Virus record (IMG/VR): IMGVR_UViG_3300024999_000036
Origin: an uncultured virus (IMG/VR IMGVR_UViG_3300024999_000036)
Lineage: Duplodnaviria; Heunggongvirae; Uroviricota; Caudoviricetes
Direction: 5' to 3' (one strand)
DNA length: 64,000 bases
Below, piece after piece: positions 19,527 to 30,890 of this stretch (positions are counted from its first letter, which is position 1; the number at the start of each line of letters is the position of its first letter). Both the position numbers and the translations under genes were made by a program. A model generated the notes under the pieces. The model searched no databases and was not told the DNA's origin. It was given only the letters and a program-made list of their open reading frames with translations.

Positions 19527-21584
19527 ATGCCTATTACTAATAATAAAGTTGATGCCTATGCTAGAGCATTAGCTTCTCAAGCTATTGATAATACCTCTAA
19601 TAGTTCAACAACATTTATATCATCAGGAACAGTAATAAAACCAACAATAACATATAACACAGGATTGGGTACAGTAACTATAGGGGATGGTACATATAGA
19701 TTATTTCACAATGCTGAATATATCGGTGTAATAACAGAACATATAATATCCGAAACAACACTTTCAATAGCAGAAAATATTACATCTTATATTTGTGCTG
19801 ATTATAATAATGACTCTCCTATATTACGTGTTATTACAGATTTAACACAATTTAATTGGTCAAATATAGTACCAATTTATACAGTTATAAGAGATGGGGA
19901 TTATTTTTCACACGTAGACTGGGATGCCCCCGGAAATGGTTTACCAAATAAAATACATGATAGATTAATAAGAACAGACCGTTTTTCTAGAGAGTCAGGT
20001 TTAAATTTAGGTGAATCTGCAACACCAGCAGTACGTACTATAATTGTTTCTTCTGGTACTGTATGGCAAGGTGTTTATAGAAATTCAATGGATGCAGTTG
20101 ATTCTTCTGTTGATATTTGCAAAATGCTATATACAGATGAAACAGGTACATGGGTTGATTCTGCTATTACTCAATATAATAATACTCAATATAATACAGG
20201 AATGGGATTAGCAACTTTAACAGATGGAAATTATTCTGTAAATTGGATTTTTCGTATGATTGGTAACCAAAGAGAAATTGTTGTATTTCTTGGCAATGAT
20301 GATTATGATCTTAATGCAGCAAAAGCATCTCAATTACCTAATAATATTCCTTCTATATTTTCTAAAAATGGTATGCTAATAGGTAGAATAATTGTATTAA
20401 AAGGTACTGATATTGCTACACAAATAGATAGTGCTTTTGATACAAAATTTGCTCCTTCTATTGTAACATCACATGATGGATTAACAGAACTTCAAGGTGG
20501 TGGATTAGGGTATTATTATCATTCTAATCAACCAATAAATACAACTAATAATGTAGAATTTAATTCAATTAAAAGTTCCACGTTATTAAAAGATTCTACT
20601 GATAATACTAAAAATGCAAAATTTGATGTTTCAGGTATAACTACTGGTAATACAAGAGTTTATAATTTACCAGATAAAAACGGGAATATAGCAGTTGGAT
20701 TAGATAGCGTTACAAATGATGCTCAAGTGAAACGTTCTGAAATGGGTATTGCAAACGGTGTGGCAACATTAGATGCTAGTGGTATATTGTCAACTTCTCA
20801 AATACCTCCAGCAATATTAGGTGGTCTGAGTTATCAGGGGGTTTGGAATGCAAGCACAAATACTCCTATTATTCCTACTGCATCCTCTGGTAATAAAGGG
20901 TATTATTATAAAGTATCTGTAGCAGGGACAACAAATATAGATGGTATTACTTCCTGGAGTGTTGGTGACTGGATTGTATCAAATGGGACTACATGGGATA
21001 AAGTTGATAATGACGAGAGTGTTTCTTCTGTTGCAGGTAGAACTGGTGCAGTAACCTTAACTAAAACCGATGTTGGACTAAGCAATGTAACTAATGATGC
21101 TCAAGTTAAAAAGATTACTACAAGTGTAAATGGGAATGTTGTAACTTGGAGTGGAACTACTGGAGATACTGTAGCTGATTCTGGTTTATCTATTGATGGT
21201 TTGGTTGATAAAATATACCCCGTAGGTCATATTCTTATCACAACAAATCCAGCCAATCCTGCAACATATCTAGGTGTTGGAACTTGGGTATCTTATGGTG
21301 TTGGTAGGACTATTGTTGGTATAGACCCTTCACAGACAGAATTTAACACAGTAGGTAAAACTGGCGGTGCTAAAACTCATACACTGACCGATGCGGAAAT
21401 GCCGAGCCACAGCCATACAATATATCCAGGAGATGGCGAAAGGATAATTTATGCTGACGGTGGGGCTAGAGGAGCACTTTATAAGACTGCTGACAGCGAA
21501 CAAACATCTGTAGCTGGTAATGACCAACCTCACAATAACTTACAGCCATATATTGTAACTTATATATGGAACCGTACAGCGTAG
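19527..21584 (+). CDS. Tail fibre-like protein with C-terminal collar/baseplate-gp10-like tip
   Basis: VTNDAQVK twice; NGVATLDASG; VSSVAGRTGAV; IYPVG...EMPSHSH...HNNLQPY tip motif. Confidence 0.75.
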   Translation: MPITNNKVDAYARALASQAIDNTSNSSTTFISSGTVIKPTITYNTGLGTVTIGDGTYRLFHNAEYIGVITEHIISETTLSIAENITSYICADYNNDSPILRVITDLTQFNWSNIVPIYTVIRDGDYFSHVDWDAPGNGLPNKIHDRLIRTDRFSRESGLNLGESATPAVRTIIVSSGTVWQGVYRNSMDAVDSSVDICKMLYTDETGTWVDSAITQYNNTQYNTGMGLATLTDGNYSVNWIFRMIGNQREIVVFLGNDDYDLNAAKASQLPNNIPSIFSKNGMLIGRIIVLKGTDIATQIDSAFDTKFAPSIVTSHDGLTELQGGGLGYYYHSNQPINTTNNVEFNSIKSSTLLKDSTDNTKNAKFDVSGITTGNTRVYNLPDKNGNIAVGLDSVTNDAQVKRSEMGIANGVATLDASGILSTSQIPPAILGGLSYQGVWNASTNTPIIPTASSGNKGYYYKVSVAGTTNIDGITSWSVGDWIVSNGTTWDKVDNDESVSSVAGRTGAVTLTKTDVGLSNVTNDAQVKKITTSVNGNVVTWSGTTGDTVADSGLSIDGLVDKIYPVGHILITTNPANPATYLGVGTWVSYGVGRTIVGIDPSQTEFNTVGKTGGAKTHTLTDAEMPSHSHTIYPGDGERIIYADGGARGALYKTADSEQTSVAGNDQPHNNLQPYIVTYIWNRTA

Positions 21585-21692
21585 AACTGATAATAATTTA
21601 TAAAATATAGATGTTTTAGATATGGTAATTAAGAGTAGGAAATGGTTTATACCTTTCACCTACTCTTTATTATTTGCAATATAATATTAAAA

Positions 21693-21750
21693 TAAAAACG
21701 TAATTTCATCACGATTTTAGTATTCGGAAAGTGTTGATTTTATTGGATTT
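21693..21750 (+). repeat. Bipartite dispersed repeat, copy 2
   Basis: TAAAAACGTAATTTCAT-18 nt-AAAGTGTTGATTTTATTGGATTT. Confidence 0.7.
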
Positions 21751-21832
21751 ATGTTTTTTAGATTAGAGATAACTACCTTATATTTTAGGGTAGTTATTTT
21801 TGTTTTAAAATTAATTAATTTAAAGAGGTGTA

Positions 21833-22300
21833 TTGATGGCAAAATCAAAATTCAACGTAAACACAAGTAAGTCTGCAAAAGAAAAAAGAACTTTAAATGG
21901 TTATACGTTTTCTAGTGATCTTGAATATAAATTCTATGTTTATCTTCTCTCTCAACAAGAAAAAGGAATAGTTAAAAATATTAAACTTCAACCAAAATTT
22001 TTATTGCAAGATAAATATGAGAAATATGGAAAGAAAATTTTAGCGATTAATTACATAGCAGATTTTGAAGTAGAATATGAAAATGGGGATGTAATAATTT
22101 TCGACACAAAAGGGATGACTACTAGTGATTTTGTAATTAAGAGAAAGATGTTTGATTATAAATATCCTGATAAAATTTTAAAAGTAATAAATTATAGCAA
22201 AATTGATGGTAATGAAGAAAATGAAGGATGGTGTGATATTGAAGTTATTGCAAAAGGACGTAAAAAGAGAAAGAAAGAAAAAGAATTAAAAAATAAATAA
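21833..22300 (+). CDS. DUF1064-family PD-(D/E)xK nuclease
   Basis: LQPKFLLQ...INYIADF...IFDTKG...KRKMF motif. Confidence 0.8.
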   Translation: MMAKSKFNVNTSKSAKEKRTLNGYTFSSDLEYKFYVYLLSQQEKGIVKNIKLQPKFLLQDKYEKYGKKILAINYIADFEVEYENGDVIIFDTKGMTTSDFVIKRKMFDYKYPDKILKVINYSKIDGNEENEGWCDIEVIAKGRKKRKKEKELKNK

Positions 22301-22342
22301 AATACCAATATAAACAAATAAAATAAACGGAGGTATCCTATC

Positions 22343-22936
22343 ATGGCAAAAATAAACAAATTAAATTCATCGGTAATTTTAGAAGCATACTCAAAGGAAT
22401 TCTCACAGAAAAAAGTAGTCATCACAATTGGAAACAAAAATTATGAAGTGTTGGTAGATCAAAAATTTAGAAATACAGTGATACAAGAAATGTTTCTAGA
22501 AAGTTTAAATAATCATGATAACTATAAAGATTTGAGTGAATCTATTAAAACAAGTTATTTCATGTTCTTATTGATTAAATATTTCACAGATTTAGAGATC
22601 GCTAAAACAGATGACTTCGAGTATCAAATTCGTCTGTTGAATGCACTTTTAGATTTGGGAATTTATGAAATGTTGATAAATTCTTTTCCAGAGAGTGAAA
22701 TTGAAAAAGTAAATGAATATGTTATTAAATTCTCAAAAAATATAGGTGAGTTTATGAAGGATGATAAAAATATTGAGAATTTGAAGAATATTATTGATGG
22801 GTTTAGGATTGGCGAGGATGTTGAAGTTAAAGATGTTGTAGGTGAAGATGAAAATATTTGGAAAGTAGATGGAGATGCTGTTGATGAAGTAGTTGAAGAA
22901 ATAGTTAATAAAATAGAAATCACTGATCCAGAGTAA
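22343..22936 (+). CDS. Phage hypothetical protein (possible tail assembly chaperone)
   Basis: Position; acidic C-terminus. Confidence 0.45.
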   Translation: MAKINKLNSSVILEAYSKEFSQKKVVITIGNKNYEVLVDQKFRNTVIQEMFLESLNNHDNYKDLSESIKTSYFMFLLIKYFTDLEIAKTDDFEYQIRLLNALLDLGIYEMLINSFPESEIEKVNEYVIKFSKNIGEFMKDDKNIENLKNIIDGFRIGEDVEVKDVVGEDENIWKVDGDAVDEVVEEIVNKIEITDPE

Positions 22937-23074
22937 ATACATATTATAAGAGTGAGAAAATTATATATAAAAATCTCACTCTTATTGATAAAATACTAAA
23001 ATAAATATGTTGACAAACATATTTATTTAGCAAATATTAAATTATATTTTTATTATAAAGGTAGGTGAAATAAA

Positions 23075-23554
23075 ATCGCCAGTTTGCAATCCCAATTACA
23101 AGCCATCGAAAGCAAAATAAGAAAACAAATCAATGATTCTCTTTCGAAAGAGGTAGCATCTCATATTAAAAATAAAATTAGTAGTCATGTTACATCAGAT
23201 GTTTATCTTGCCTATCCTAATCCAATTGAATATAAACGTAGGAATCTTGAAAATGGTTCACTTGGAGATATTAAACAAATGAGTTCTACTTTAATTAATG
23301 ATGGAATATTAGAAGTAAAAGATAATGCAGATTTTAATCATGATTTTGCTTCCAATCATGGAGGTTATGGAGATATAGATTTAAGTAAATCATTAGCATA
23401 TAATATTGAGTATGGTTATGGAAGTAAAAGTCAACCTTGGAACGAACCAAGAGATTTTATTGCAGAAACAAAGAAAGATATAAAAAATAGTAATAGTCAT
23501 ATTGAAGTTTTGAGAAATGCTTTGAAGAAGAGATTAGGAGATGTGGTTAAATAA
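23075..23554 (+). CDS. HK97 gp10-like neck/tail-completion protein
   Basis: IEYGYG...PRDFI motif. SD spacing favours ATC 23075; TTG 23084 is the alternative. Confidence 0.55.
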   Translation: MASLQSQLQAIESKIRKQINDSLSKEVASHIKNKISSHVTSDVYLAYPNPIEYKRRNLENGSLGDIKQMSSTLINDGILEVKDNADFNHDFASNHGGYGDIDLSKSLAYNIEYGYGSKSQPWNEPRDFIAETKKDIKNSNSHIEVLRNALKKRLGDVVK

Positions 23555-23675
23555 TAATAAATAATATCTTCCCCTACTCGCTCGACAAATATGACGAATG
23601 AGGAATAATAATAATACTATTCAAAAAACAATTCTCAAATTCCCTAAAATAAATCAAAAATATTTAAAAATAGTG

Positions 23676-23704
23676 TTGACAGAATACTAATATAATTATA
23701 TAAT
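23676..23704 (+). promoter_or_regulatory. SigA promoter of the HU gene
   Basis: TTGACA-17-TATAAT exact consensus. Confidence 0.8.
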
Positions 23705-23769
23705 ACATTTAACCTCGGAAAACAACATTCGAGGAATTAAAAAATATAAAATAAAAGGAGAAATGAATC

Positions 23770-24096
23770 ATGAACAAACCAGAATTAATTACTTTTGTAG
23801 CACAAGATGCAGAAATGACTAAGAAAGATGCAGAGAAAGCAATTTTATCAACTTTAAAAGGTATTCAAACGGCTTTAGGGAAAGGTGAAAAAGTACAATT
23901 AGTGGGATTTGGTAATTGGGATATTGTAGGTAAAAAAGCTAGAAAAGGTCATAATCCAAAAAATCATTTAGAAAAAATTGATATTCCAGCAAAGAATAAA
24001 ATTAAATTTAAAGAGGGTAAAGAATTATTAGACGCTATTGCAGATTTAGAAGTTAAACCTGTTAAAGAAAAGAAAAAGAAAGGTGAAAATGAGTAG
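23770..24096 (+). CDS. hup: HU-family histone-like DNA-binding protein
   Basis: MNKPELI...GEKVQLVGFG...ARKGHNP...IPAK signature. Confidence 0.92.
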   Translation: MNKPELITFVAQDAEMTKKDAEKAILSTLKGIQTALGKGEKVQLVGFGNWDIVGKKARKGHNPKNHLEKIDIPAKNKIKFKEGKELLDAIADLEVKPVKEKKKKGENE

Positions 24097-24363
24097 GATA
24101 GATATAAGTAGGGATTAATACATACTTAGTTTTGACTAAGAGATTCTATTTCATATTATTAATAATTTAATAAAATAACAAGTTAATAAAATAATTATTG
24201 AGAGTAGTAGATTAATTTCTATTACTCTTTTTTATTTTATTACAGATAGATGTTTATCATAAATTTTTTATCATAATGCTATAGTAAACATTTCTGTGTA
24301 ATAAAGTTTGCAAATTTGTTAGATAGATAAAATAAATAAAAAAAATTAAGGATGTGGTTTTGA

Positions 24364-25380
24364 ATGGCTAATTCTAAAATTACTAAAGTTAAATACTTTA
24401 CTAAAGAACGAAAAGATAAGATAAATCCAAATAATATTGTAAAATATCAAAAATATCTTAAGTCTAATATTATTAAAAATAAAGATGTTGAAGACAGCAC
24501 TTTTAAGGTTTATAAAGATAATTTTATGCAATTCTTAGTTTTCCTTTCTGAAGAATGGGAGAATATAGATTTATATTCTGAAGAATTATTTATTGATGCA
24601 GTAGATATAATGGAAAGTTTTATTAGTTTTTGTCAAGATACTTTAAAAAATAATAAAAAAACTATCAATAATAAAATTGCTGCTGTGTCTTCATTTTATT
24701 TGTGGTCTATGAAACGTGGTTTAATTGATAGGCATCCTTTTGATAAGAAATTAGATAGAATGAAAGGTGCTAACGAAGAAAAGATAATCAATTCTTATTT
24801 TTTAACTGATGAACAAGTAGAACAGATTCGTGAAGGTTTAAAAGATCAAAAGAAATTTGATATAATTGATAAACTTCTTTTTGAGGTAATGTTGGATAGT
24901 GCTAATAGAATTGGTGCTGTTGAGAAACTTAAAATTAGTGATTTAGATATGGATAATTGTGTATTTACCAATATAAGGGAAAAACGAGGATATATAGTAG
25001 AAGTCGCTATATCAGAAGAAACATTATTATTGATTCAAGAATGGTTTGAAAAAAGAAAAGAAATAGATAATCTTGAAGTAGATGCTTTATTTATAAGTTA
25101 CTATGGTAAAGTATACCGTAAAATGAGTAAGGGATCTCTTCAACGAAGAATTACATCAATAGGTACTATTATTGGATTAGAAGATTTCCATTCACATTGT
25201 GTACGTAAGAGTGCATTAAATAGTATTTATGAGAAAACTGGAGATCTTTCTTTAGCTGCTGAGATGGGAAATCATAAATCGACTGAGACTACACGTTCTA
25301 GTTATATCAAACCTATAAGTAAAGCACAAGTACGTGATAAAATTAAAGAATTAATGAATAAAAATAGTAATAAGACATAA
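24364..25380 (+). CDS. Tyrosine recombinase (position as SPbeta YomM)
   Basis: Catalytic set R (ANRIG), K, HxxR (HCVR), H (GNHKS), Y (SSYIK). Confidence 0.88.
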   Translation: MANSKITKVKYFTKERKDKINPNNIVKYQKYLKSNIIKNKDVEDSTFKVYKDNFMQFLVFLSEEWENIDLYSEELFIDAVDIMESFISFCQDTLKNNKKTINNKIAAVSSFYLWSMKRGLIDRHPFDKKLDRMKGANEEKIINSYFLTDEQVEQIREGLKDQKKFDIIDKLLFEVMLDSANRIGAVEKLKISDLDMDNCVFTNIREKRGYIVEVAISEETLLLIQEWFEKRKEIDNLEVDALFISYYGKVYRKMSKGSLQRRITSIGTIIGLEDFHSHCVRKSALNSIYEKTGDLSLAAEMGNHKSTETTRSSYIKPISKAQVRDKIKELMNKNSNKT

Positions 25381-25394
25381 TAATTAAATCACCA

Positions 25395-25452
25395 CCAAAC
25401 ACACATTTTATGTTGTTTTTCAATTTTACAAAGTCAATAAAATCAATGGTTT
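25395..25452 (+). repeat. Bipartite dispersed repeat, copy 3 (just after the recombinase stop codon)
   Basis: CCAAACACACATTTTAT-18 nt-AAAGTCAATAAAATCAATGGTTT. Confidence 0.75.
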
Positions 25453-25532
25453 GTGAAATTATAAAAATCATAAAATAAAATAAAATAAATAAAATATTTT
25501 CATAAATAATCTCCATAATCCTTATTTTCATG

Positions 25533-25561
25533 TTGACATTATTATTTTTGTATTATATAAT
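25533..25561 (+). promoter_or_regulatory. SigA promoter upstream of the antirepressor
   Basis: TTGACA-17-TATAAT. Confidence 0.75.
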
Positions 25562-25762
25562 TTAATTAACATAAAACAAACATACATAATATATATTATA
25601 CGAATACATAAAAAGGTGGTGTTGATGTGAAAATTAGGGACAGTCCTTTATATAGTTTTATTGGTTAATGTAAAATAAAATTTAGAATAGGTATTAGAAT
25701 AGTAAAATAAATATATAACTATATAAAAATAAATTAAAATAAAAGGAGATTATGATAAGTAT

Positions 25763-26581
25763 ATGGAAAATAATTTAATGATTTTTGATAATGAAGAATT
25801 TGGAGAAGTAAGAACTATTAAAATTGATGATATACCTTATGCTGTTGCAAATGATGTATTAAAAGCATTAGGATATTCAGAAGGTAGTTGGAGAACTACT
25901 TTATCAAGGAAATGTAAAGGCGTTACAAAATGTAACGGGTTAAAAGTTAATGGAATAGAAGTAAATCTTATTCCAGAAGGTGATATTTATAGACTTATAA
26001 TTGGAAGTAAATTGCCTTCAGCAGAAAAATTTGAAAGATGGATTTTTGATGATGTTATACCTTCTATTCGTAAGCATGGTGCATACATAGTAGATGATGT
26101 ATTAGATAAAATGATTTCTACACCAGAATTTGGCATAAAATTACTTACAGAATTAAAATTAGAAAAAGAAAAAAGATTAGAAGCAGAAAATAAATTAGTA
26201 ATACAAGCACCTAAAGTAGAAAAATATGATAGATTTCTTAAAACTAATTCTACGCATACATTTACTGATACAGCAAAAATAATTTCTACTTGGTGTGAAG
26301 ATGATGGAATAAATTTGAAAATAACTGTAATAAAACTAACTCAATTATTGAGAGAAAAAGGAATTTTGTCAAAGAATAAATCTAAAGATAAATATTTAAA
26401 TCATCCTAATAAAGATTATGAAAATTATTTTCAAACAACTAGTGTGACTATTAATGAAGGAGAAAATAATGAGTTTAAACGGACATCAACTCGTGTTAAA
26501 TCAAATGGAGTTGATATGATTTATGAGTTGGTTAAAGAATATGTGAAAAGTGGTGAAGGTTTGTTTAATAAGGCTAACTGA
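25763..26581 (+). CDS. BRO-N / ANT(KilAC)-type antirepressor
   Basis: FDNEEFGEVRT, IPEGDIYRLI, AEKFERWIFDDVIPSIRKHGAY, QAPKVEKYD. Confidence 0.88.
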   Translation: MENNLMIFDNEEFGEVRTIKIDDIPYAVANDVLKALGYSEGSWRTTLSRKCKGVTKCNGLKVNGIEVNLIPEGDIYRLIIGSKLPSAEKFERWIFDDVIPSIRKHGAYIVDDVLDKMISTPEFGIKLLTELKLEKEKRLEAENKLVIQAPKVEKYDRFLKTNSTHTFTDTAKIISTWCEDDGINLKITVIKLTQLLREKGILSKNKSKDKYLNHPNKDYENYFQTTSVTINEGENNEFKRTSTRVKSNGVDMIYELVKEYVKSGEGLFNKAN

Positions 26582-26860
26582 TGGCCGGATTAGTTGATTT
26601 GATTAGTGATTAATTAATAAAGAATACAATATTAGTATTTATTTAGAGAGGATTTTTTATGTCCTCTCTTTTTTATGTGTGTTTTTTATTAATTAATTAT
26701 AAAAATTATTAGAATACTAAAATAAATATAGTTGACATTGCTATAGATATATGTTATTATATAATTACAAAATTACTTCTATCTCTACTTCTATCTTCTC
26801 ATTTTTGATAATTACATATATGTAGTGTATAATAATATGTGGATAGGAGTGTGATTAAAC

Positions 26861-27205
26861 ATGTCAACAAAAGATGATAAATTAATAATAAGAGTATCAC
26901 CAGGATTGAAAAAGCGTATTGAATATACAGCGAAGAAAAAAGGTAAAAATGTTTCAGATTTTGTTAGAGATATTATTACTTTGTTTTTAGATAAGGAACA
27001 ACCCGAATATTTAGATTCAATTAATATATTGAGACAATTACTTCGTGATAGAGAAATACTTCAAGATAAGATATATAAAAACAAAATTAATGATTCTAAT
27101 TTAGAAGAAACTGAACAATTAATATTAGAATTAGTACGTATTCAACAAAAGATTTATGAGATGGAAAAGTATATTAATGATTATTTGAATAGTAAAGATA
27201 TATAA
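26861..27205 (+). CDS. Ribbon-helix-helix DNA-binding protein with coiled coil
   Basis: KDDKLIIRVSPGLKKRI...VSDFVRDII; promoter TTGACA-17-TATTAT at 26732-26760. Confidence 0.75.
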   Translation: MSTKDDKLIIRVSPGLKKRIEYTAKKKGKNVSDFVRDIITLFLDKEQPEYLDSINILRQLLRDREILQDKIYKNKINDSNLEETEQLILELVRIQQKIYEMEKYINDYLNSKDI

Positions 27206-27412
27206 GATAGGATAATTATGGATAGAAATATTAAAAATAGAAATATTCTATGCAAATATTAGTTATTAGATGATATGTGACCATAATATAGTTATTTAAC
27301 CGAATATAATGGGTTAACAGATTTGTATACCCAAGTAAATTCCTTTATACTAATGATTAAGTAAAGGATACATTTTCCTTTGCAATATTAAGTATAAAGG
27401 AATGTTTATTTT

Positions 27413-27727
27413 ATGAGAATTAACTTGTTTAAAATGGAGAGATTGTTTGATACTTTTAAAGGTAATCCAGTAACTATTAATGTAATTGGCAATATTTCAA
27501 TACCATTTTATATTGAGAATTTTCAATGGGAACATAGTGTTAATGAGATTACTTTTGGTGAAAGTGGAGAAAATGATAGTTGGTTTAGGATTGATAAAGA
27601 TGATTTGGTTGGAATACATAATGAGTATGAGTTGTTTGGTAGTGAGGATAAGATTGTGTTTGAGATTAGATTTGATGGGTTTAGGACGGATTATGAGGTT
27701 ATGTTTAGTTGTATGTTAGTTGGTTGA
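27413..27727 (+). CDS. Small acidic beta-rich protein, apparent paralog of 45527..46000
   Basis: SD AAAGGA; own promoter TTGTAT-17-TATACT at 27323-27351. Confidence 0.65.
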   Translation: MRINLFKMERLFDTFKGNPVTINVIGNISIPFYIENFQWEHSVNEITFGESGENDSWFRIDKDDLVGIHNEYELFGSEDKIVFEIRFDGFRTDYEVMFSCMLVG

Positions 27728-27780
27728 TTGGGATGATTTGGGTTGAGTTTGATTATTGTTGATTGATAATATAAATATAT

Positions 27781-27910
27781 AGGGATAGGTAGGAGTAATT
27801 AACCTACTAATAAGAGAGGTATTCCTGAACCTCTCTTCCTGTTTGTTTTTTTAATCAGGATAGGAGTTATTGTTAGATTAATATTATAAATATAAACTTC
27901 AGGAGGTTTT
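27781..27910 (+). ncRNA. Conserved structured leader RNA, copy A
   Basis: GGATAG-hairpin-TAATAAGAGAGGT-ATTCCTGA-ACCTCTCTTC; closely related copy at 59264-59400. Confidence 0.6.
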
Positions 27911-30835
27911 GTGATTATGAGTGAGATAACTAGAGAAGTTCAAGAAGTAATTGATTATGTTTTAAAGCACGAACCAGAAATTAATTTTAAAATTTGTAGT
28001 AATTGTGGTAGAAATTTACCAGCACATGATTGGTTCTATAGTGAACAAAAAGGTGGCAAATACGGATATAATTCTAAGTGTAAAAAGTGTATTAGTATTT
28101 TAAGAAAAAATGGTACATATAAATTTGAAAGTAATATTAGAGAAGAATATTTTAAAAATATTGAAAAAGACTTTAAAATAAAGTTTAGATATATGTCTAT
28201 AGAACAATTACAAAAAGAATTTAAATTAAACTTTAATGAAGTAAAAATATTAATTAAAAGATTTAAACTAAGAATGAAAGATATTATTAATTCTTTAACT
28301 GATGATGAAATAATATTTATGTATAAATCATTATTAAATAATGAAATAAAGGTATTTACTAATGGAATATATAACAATGATAAATATATTCTTGTTTTAA
28401 TAAAATATATGATAAACAATATATTAAAATGGAATAGGAATAATATTTGTGAAAACTTTTCTATAAAAACATTTAAGGAAAATGGATTAGGTGGTTTATT
28501 AGGTTTAAAAAAGTTTAAGTTATTTGACTATTTAAATAGATCGTTTCCAGAGTTAAATATTATGCCTTGGGAATTAAGATCATCTACTACATCTTGGACA
28601 GAAGAAAACATTAATATAGCATTAAAATGGTTTAAAAATAAATTATTAGAAGATAAAGATATAGACAATATAAATTATGCTGGAACTTTTGGTTTTAAAA
28701 ATTTATTAGATGAATACAATTTAATGGGTTTACAATCTGTTAAATTTAAAGATAGTTATGCTAGTATATTCAAAGCAATGTACAGAGAGAATTTTTCTAA
28801 AGAAGAAATGCTTAAATATAATTATACGTTTAAAATAAATACTCAATGTGTTCCTATGATTTTAAAAGATAAAATATATAAATTAACAGAAGAATATAAT
28901 AAATTAAATGATAGAGGCAAGACATTAGTTAATGAAGTAATTAAATTTTGTGAAATTGAAAAACGGTTTCCTGGAGAAAAAGATTTAAGTAATATTAATG
29001 GCTATATATGTAGAACACAATTTTATAAATACTTTAAAGAAAATAATTTAAAACAATTATATAAATACATTATTCCTGTATATGATTTTTCAGAAGAAAT
29101 TGATGTTGATGTTTTTAAAAATATTATTGATGGTCAATATTATAATGCTATTTATATAAAACCTAATAAAATAAAATGTATAAAATGTGGAGAAGTCAAA
29201 GAATTTATAGAAGATAATTTTTATAAAAATGAAGCACAAAAATTTGGTTTAAAATATATATGTAAAGATTGTGAATTAAAAATAGCACATGAACAAAACC
29301 TCAATGAATTTTGTAAGAAAAATAATATTTCATTAAATGAGAAATATAATATTTTTTTATGGTATGATACATATTTACAAAATAATTTAAGATATATGCC
29401 TGAATTTTGTTATGAAGAATATAATATTATTAAAATTATTAAATATGTAATAACTAATAAATTAACTTTAATCGCTAAAGAACAAATATGTGACCTTAAT
29501 TTATTAGGACAAAAACAATTTGAAGAATATAGAATTGATATGTCTATTTATAAACTTGGAGGAAAATTATCTACATTGCAAAAATGTTTTCCAAAATTAA
29601 ATATTGTAGAAAAAGATATACATAAAGATATTTATACCGAGGATGAAATGAATAACATTATTAAAACATGGATAAACAATAATAATTTATCTATATTGAA
29701 TTTATTATCAAAAGGAATTACTTATACTTATGATAATAAAATGAGTGCAATGATGGCTATTAGATTTCATAATCAAGGAAAATCACGAATAGATATGATT
29801 ATTTGGTATTGTAAGAGAAATAATATACTTCATCCAATTTATAATAGGCCAATAATTAAATGGGATTTTGAAGAAATGCCAACTAGATTTTGGTCTGTAA
29901 AAGAAAATAGAATTGAAAGAATAAAGTATTATTGCGAATATGAATGTAAAGAAAATATTTTATCATATATTTATAATACAGATAAATTAAAAGAATGGAC
30001 ATATAATTATTTTAAATCAGAAAATGTTTCTAAATTAATATTTAATTATGCTCAATTTGGTTCGCTTTATGACTTATTAGTAGAAACTTATCCAGAAATA
30101 AAAGAAAATTTTCTTTTATTTGAATGGGAATGGCATCAATATAATAAAAATAACGAAAAATCTTTAATAAAAATGCTAAGAGAATTTATTATTTATAGAT
30201 TAAGTGATATAATTGAAAAACCAATTTTAGATATACCAAAATACATAAATTATGCGTTTTTTAAGGTTTATTATCCTAAATTTATTCAACAAATAAATAA
30301 AAAGAGATTTTCTAGTTTTTATGAATGGTGTTGTAATTCTTTCCCTGAGTATCGTAATTATTGGATTCCAGAAGATTTTGGAATGACAACTGCTAGAGAT
30401 GGTATTATTTTAAATAGTTTATCAGAAAAAACAGTTTATGAACATATTAAATATTATTTAAAATTTAAATATTTAAAAGCAATTGGGACTACTAGAAGTG
30501 GAAAATATATCTTTATACTTCCAGAAGATCATGAAGACAATAAGTACTGTCCTGATTTTGTAATTGAATATTTAGATATAAATAATAAAAAAGTTAAGTT
30601 AAATAAAAACATTTATATTGAATATTACGGCATGTATAATGAATATCATATTAATAAAATATTTATTAATTATAAAGAAAAAACTAAGAGAAAAAATCAA
30701 TTTTATAAGAATAATAGTGATATTTATTTTATAGATTTTTATCCAGATGATTTAAAAAATCAATGTGAGGGAATTAAAACTAAGTTAGAAAATATGATTA
30801 GTTTTATTATTAATTATGAAAAAATAGTTGCATAA
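27911..30835 (+). CDS. Large repeat-containing endonuclease (Zn fingers, DUF4046-like repeats, C-terminal PD-(D/E)xK)
   Basis: CSNC/CKKC and CIKC/CKDC pairs; FPEL..MPWE-type repeats; YCPDFVI...IYIEYYG. Confidence 0.7.
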   Translation: MIMSEITREVQEVIDYVLKHEPEINFKICSNCGRNLPAHDWFYSEQKGGKYGYNSKCKKCISILRKNGTYKFESNIREEYFKNIEKDFKIKFRYMSIEQLQKEFKLNFNEVKILIKRFKLRMKDIINSLTDDEIIFMYKSLLNNEIKVFTNGIYNNDKYILVLIKYMINNILKWNRNNICENFSIKTFKENGLGGLLGLKKFKLFDYLNRSFPELNIMPWELRSSTTSWTEENINIALKWFKNKLLEDKDIDNINYAGTFGFKNLLDEYNLMGLQSVKFKDSYASIFKAMYRENFSKEEMLKYNYTFKINTQCVPMILKDKIYKLTEEYNKLNDRGKTLVNEVIKFCEIEKRFPGEKDLSNINGYICRTQFYKYFKENNLKQLYKYIIPVYDFSEEIDVDVFKNIIDGQYYNAIYIKPNKIKCIKCGEVKEFIEDNFYKNEAQKFGLKYICKDCELKIAHEQNLNEFCKKNNISLNEKYNIFLWYDTYLQNNLRYMPEFCYEEYNIIKIIKYVITNKLTLIAKEQICDLNLLGQKQFEEYRIDMSIYKLGGKLSTLQKCFPKLNIVEKDIHKDIYTEDEMNNIIKTWINNNNLSILNLLSKGITYTYDNKMSAMMAIRFHNQGKSRIDMIIWYCKRNNILHPIYNRPIIKWDFEEMPTRFWSVKENRIERIKYYCEYECKENILSYIYNTDKLKEWTYNYFKSENVSKLIFNYAQFGSLYDLLVETYPEIKENFLLFEWEWHQYNKNNEKSLIKMLREFIIYRLSDIIEKPILDIPKYINYAFFKVYYPKFIQQINKKRFSSFYEWCCNSFPEYRNYWIPEDFGMTTARDGIILNSLSEKTVYEHIKYYLKFKYLKAIGTTRSGKYIFILPEDHEDNKYCPDFVIEYLDINNKKVKLNKNIYIEYYGMYNEYHINKIFINYKEKTKRKNQFYKNNSDIYFIDFYPDDLKNQCEGIKTKLENMISFIINYEKIVA

Positions 30836-30890
30836 ACCTCCTAGAATTATATATAATGGAATAAATTTTAATAAGGGAGGTATAGTATTC

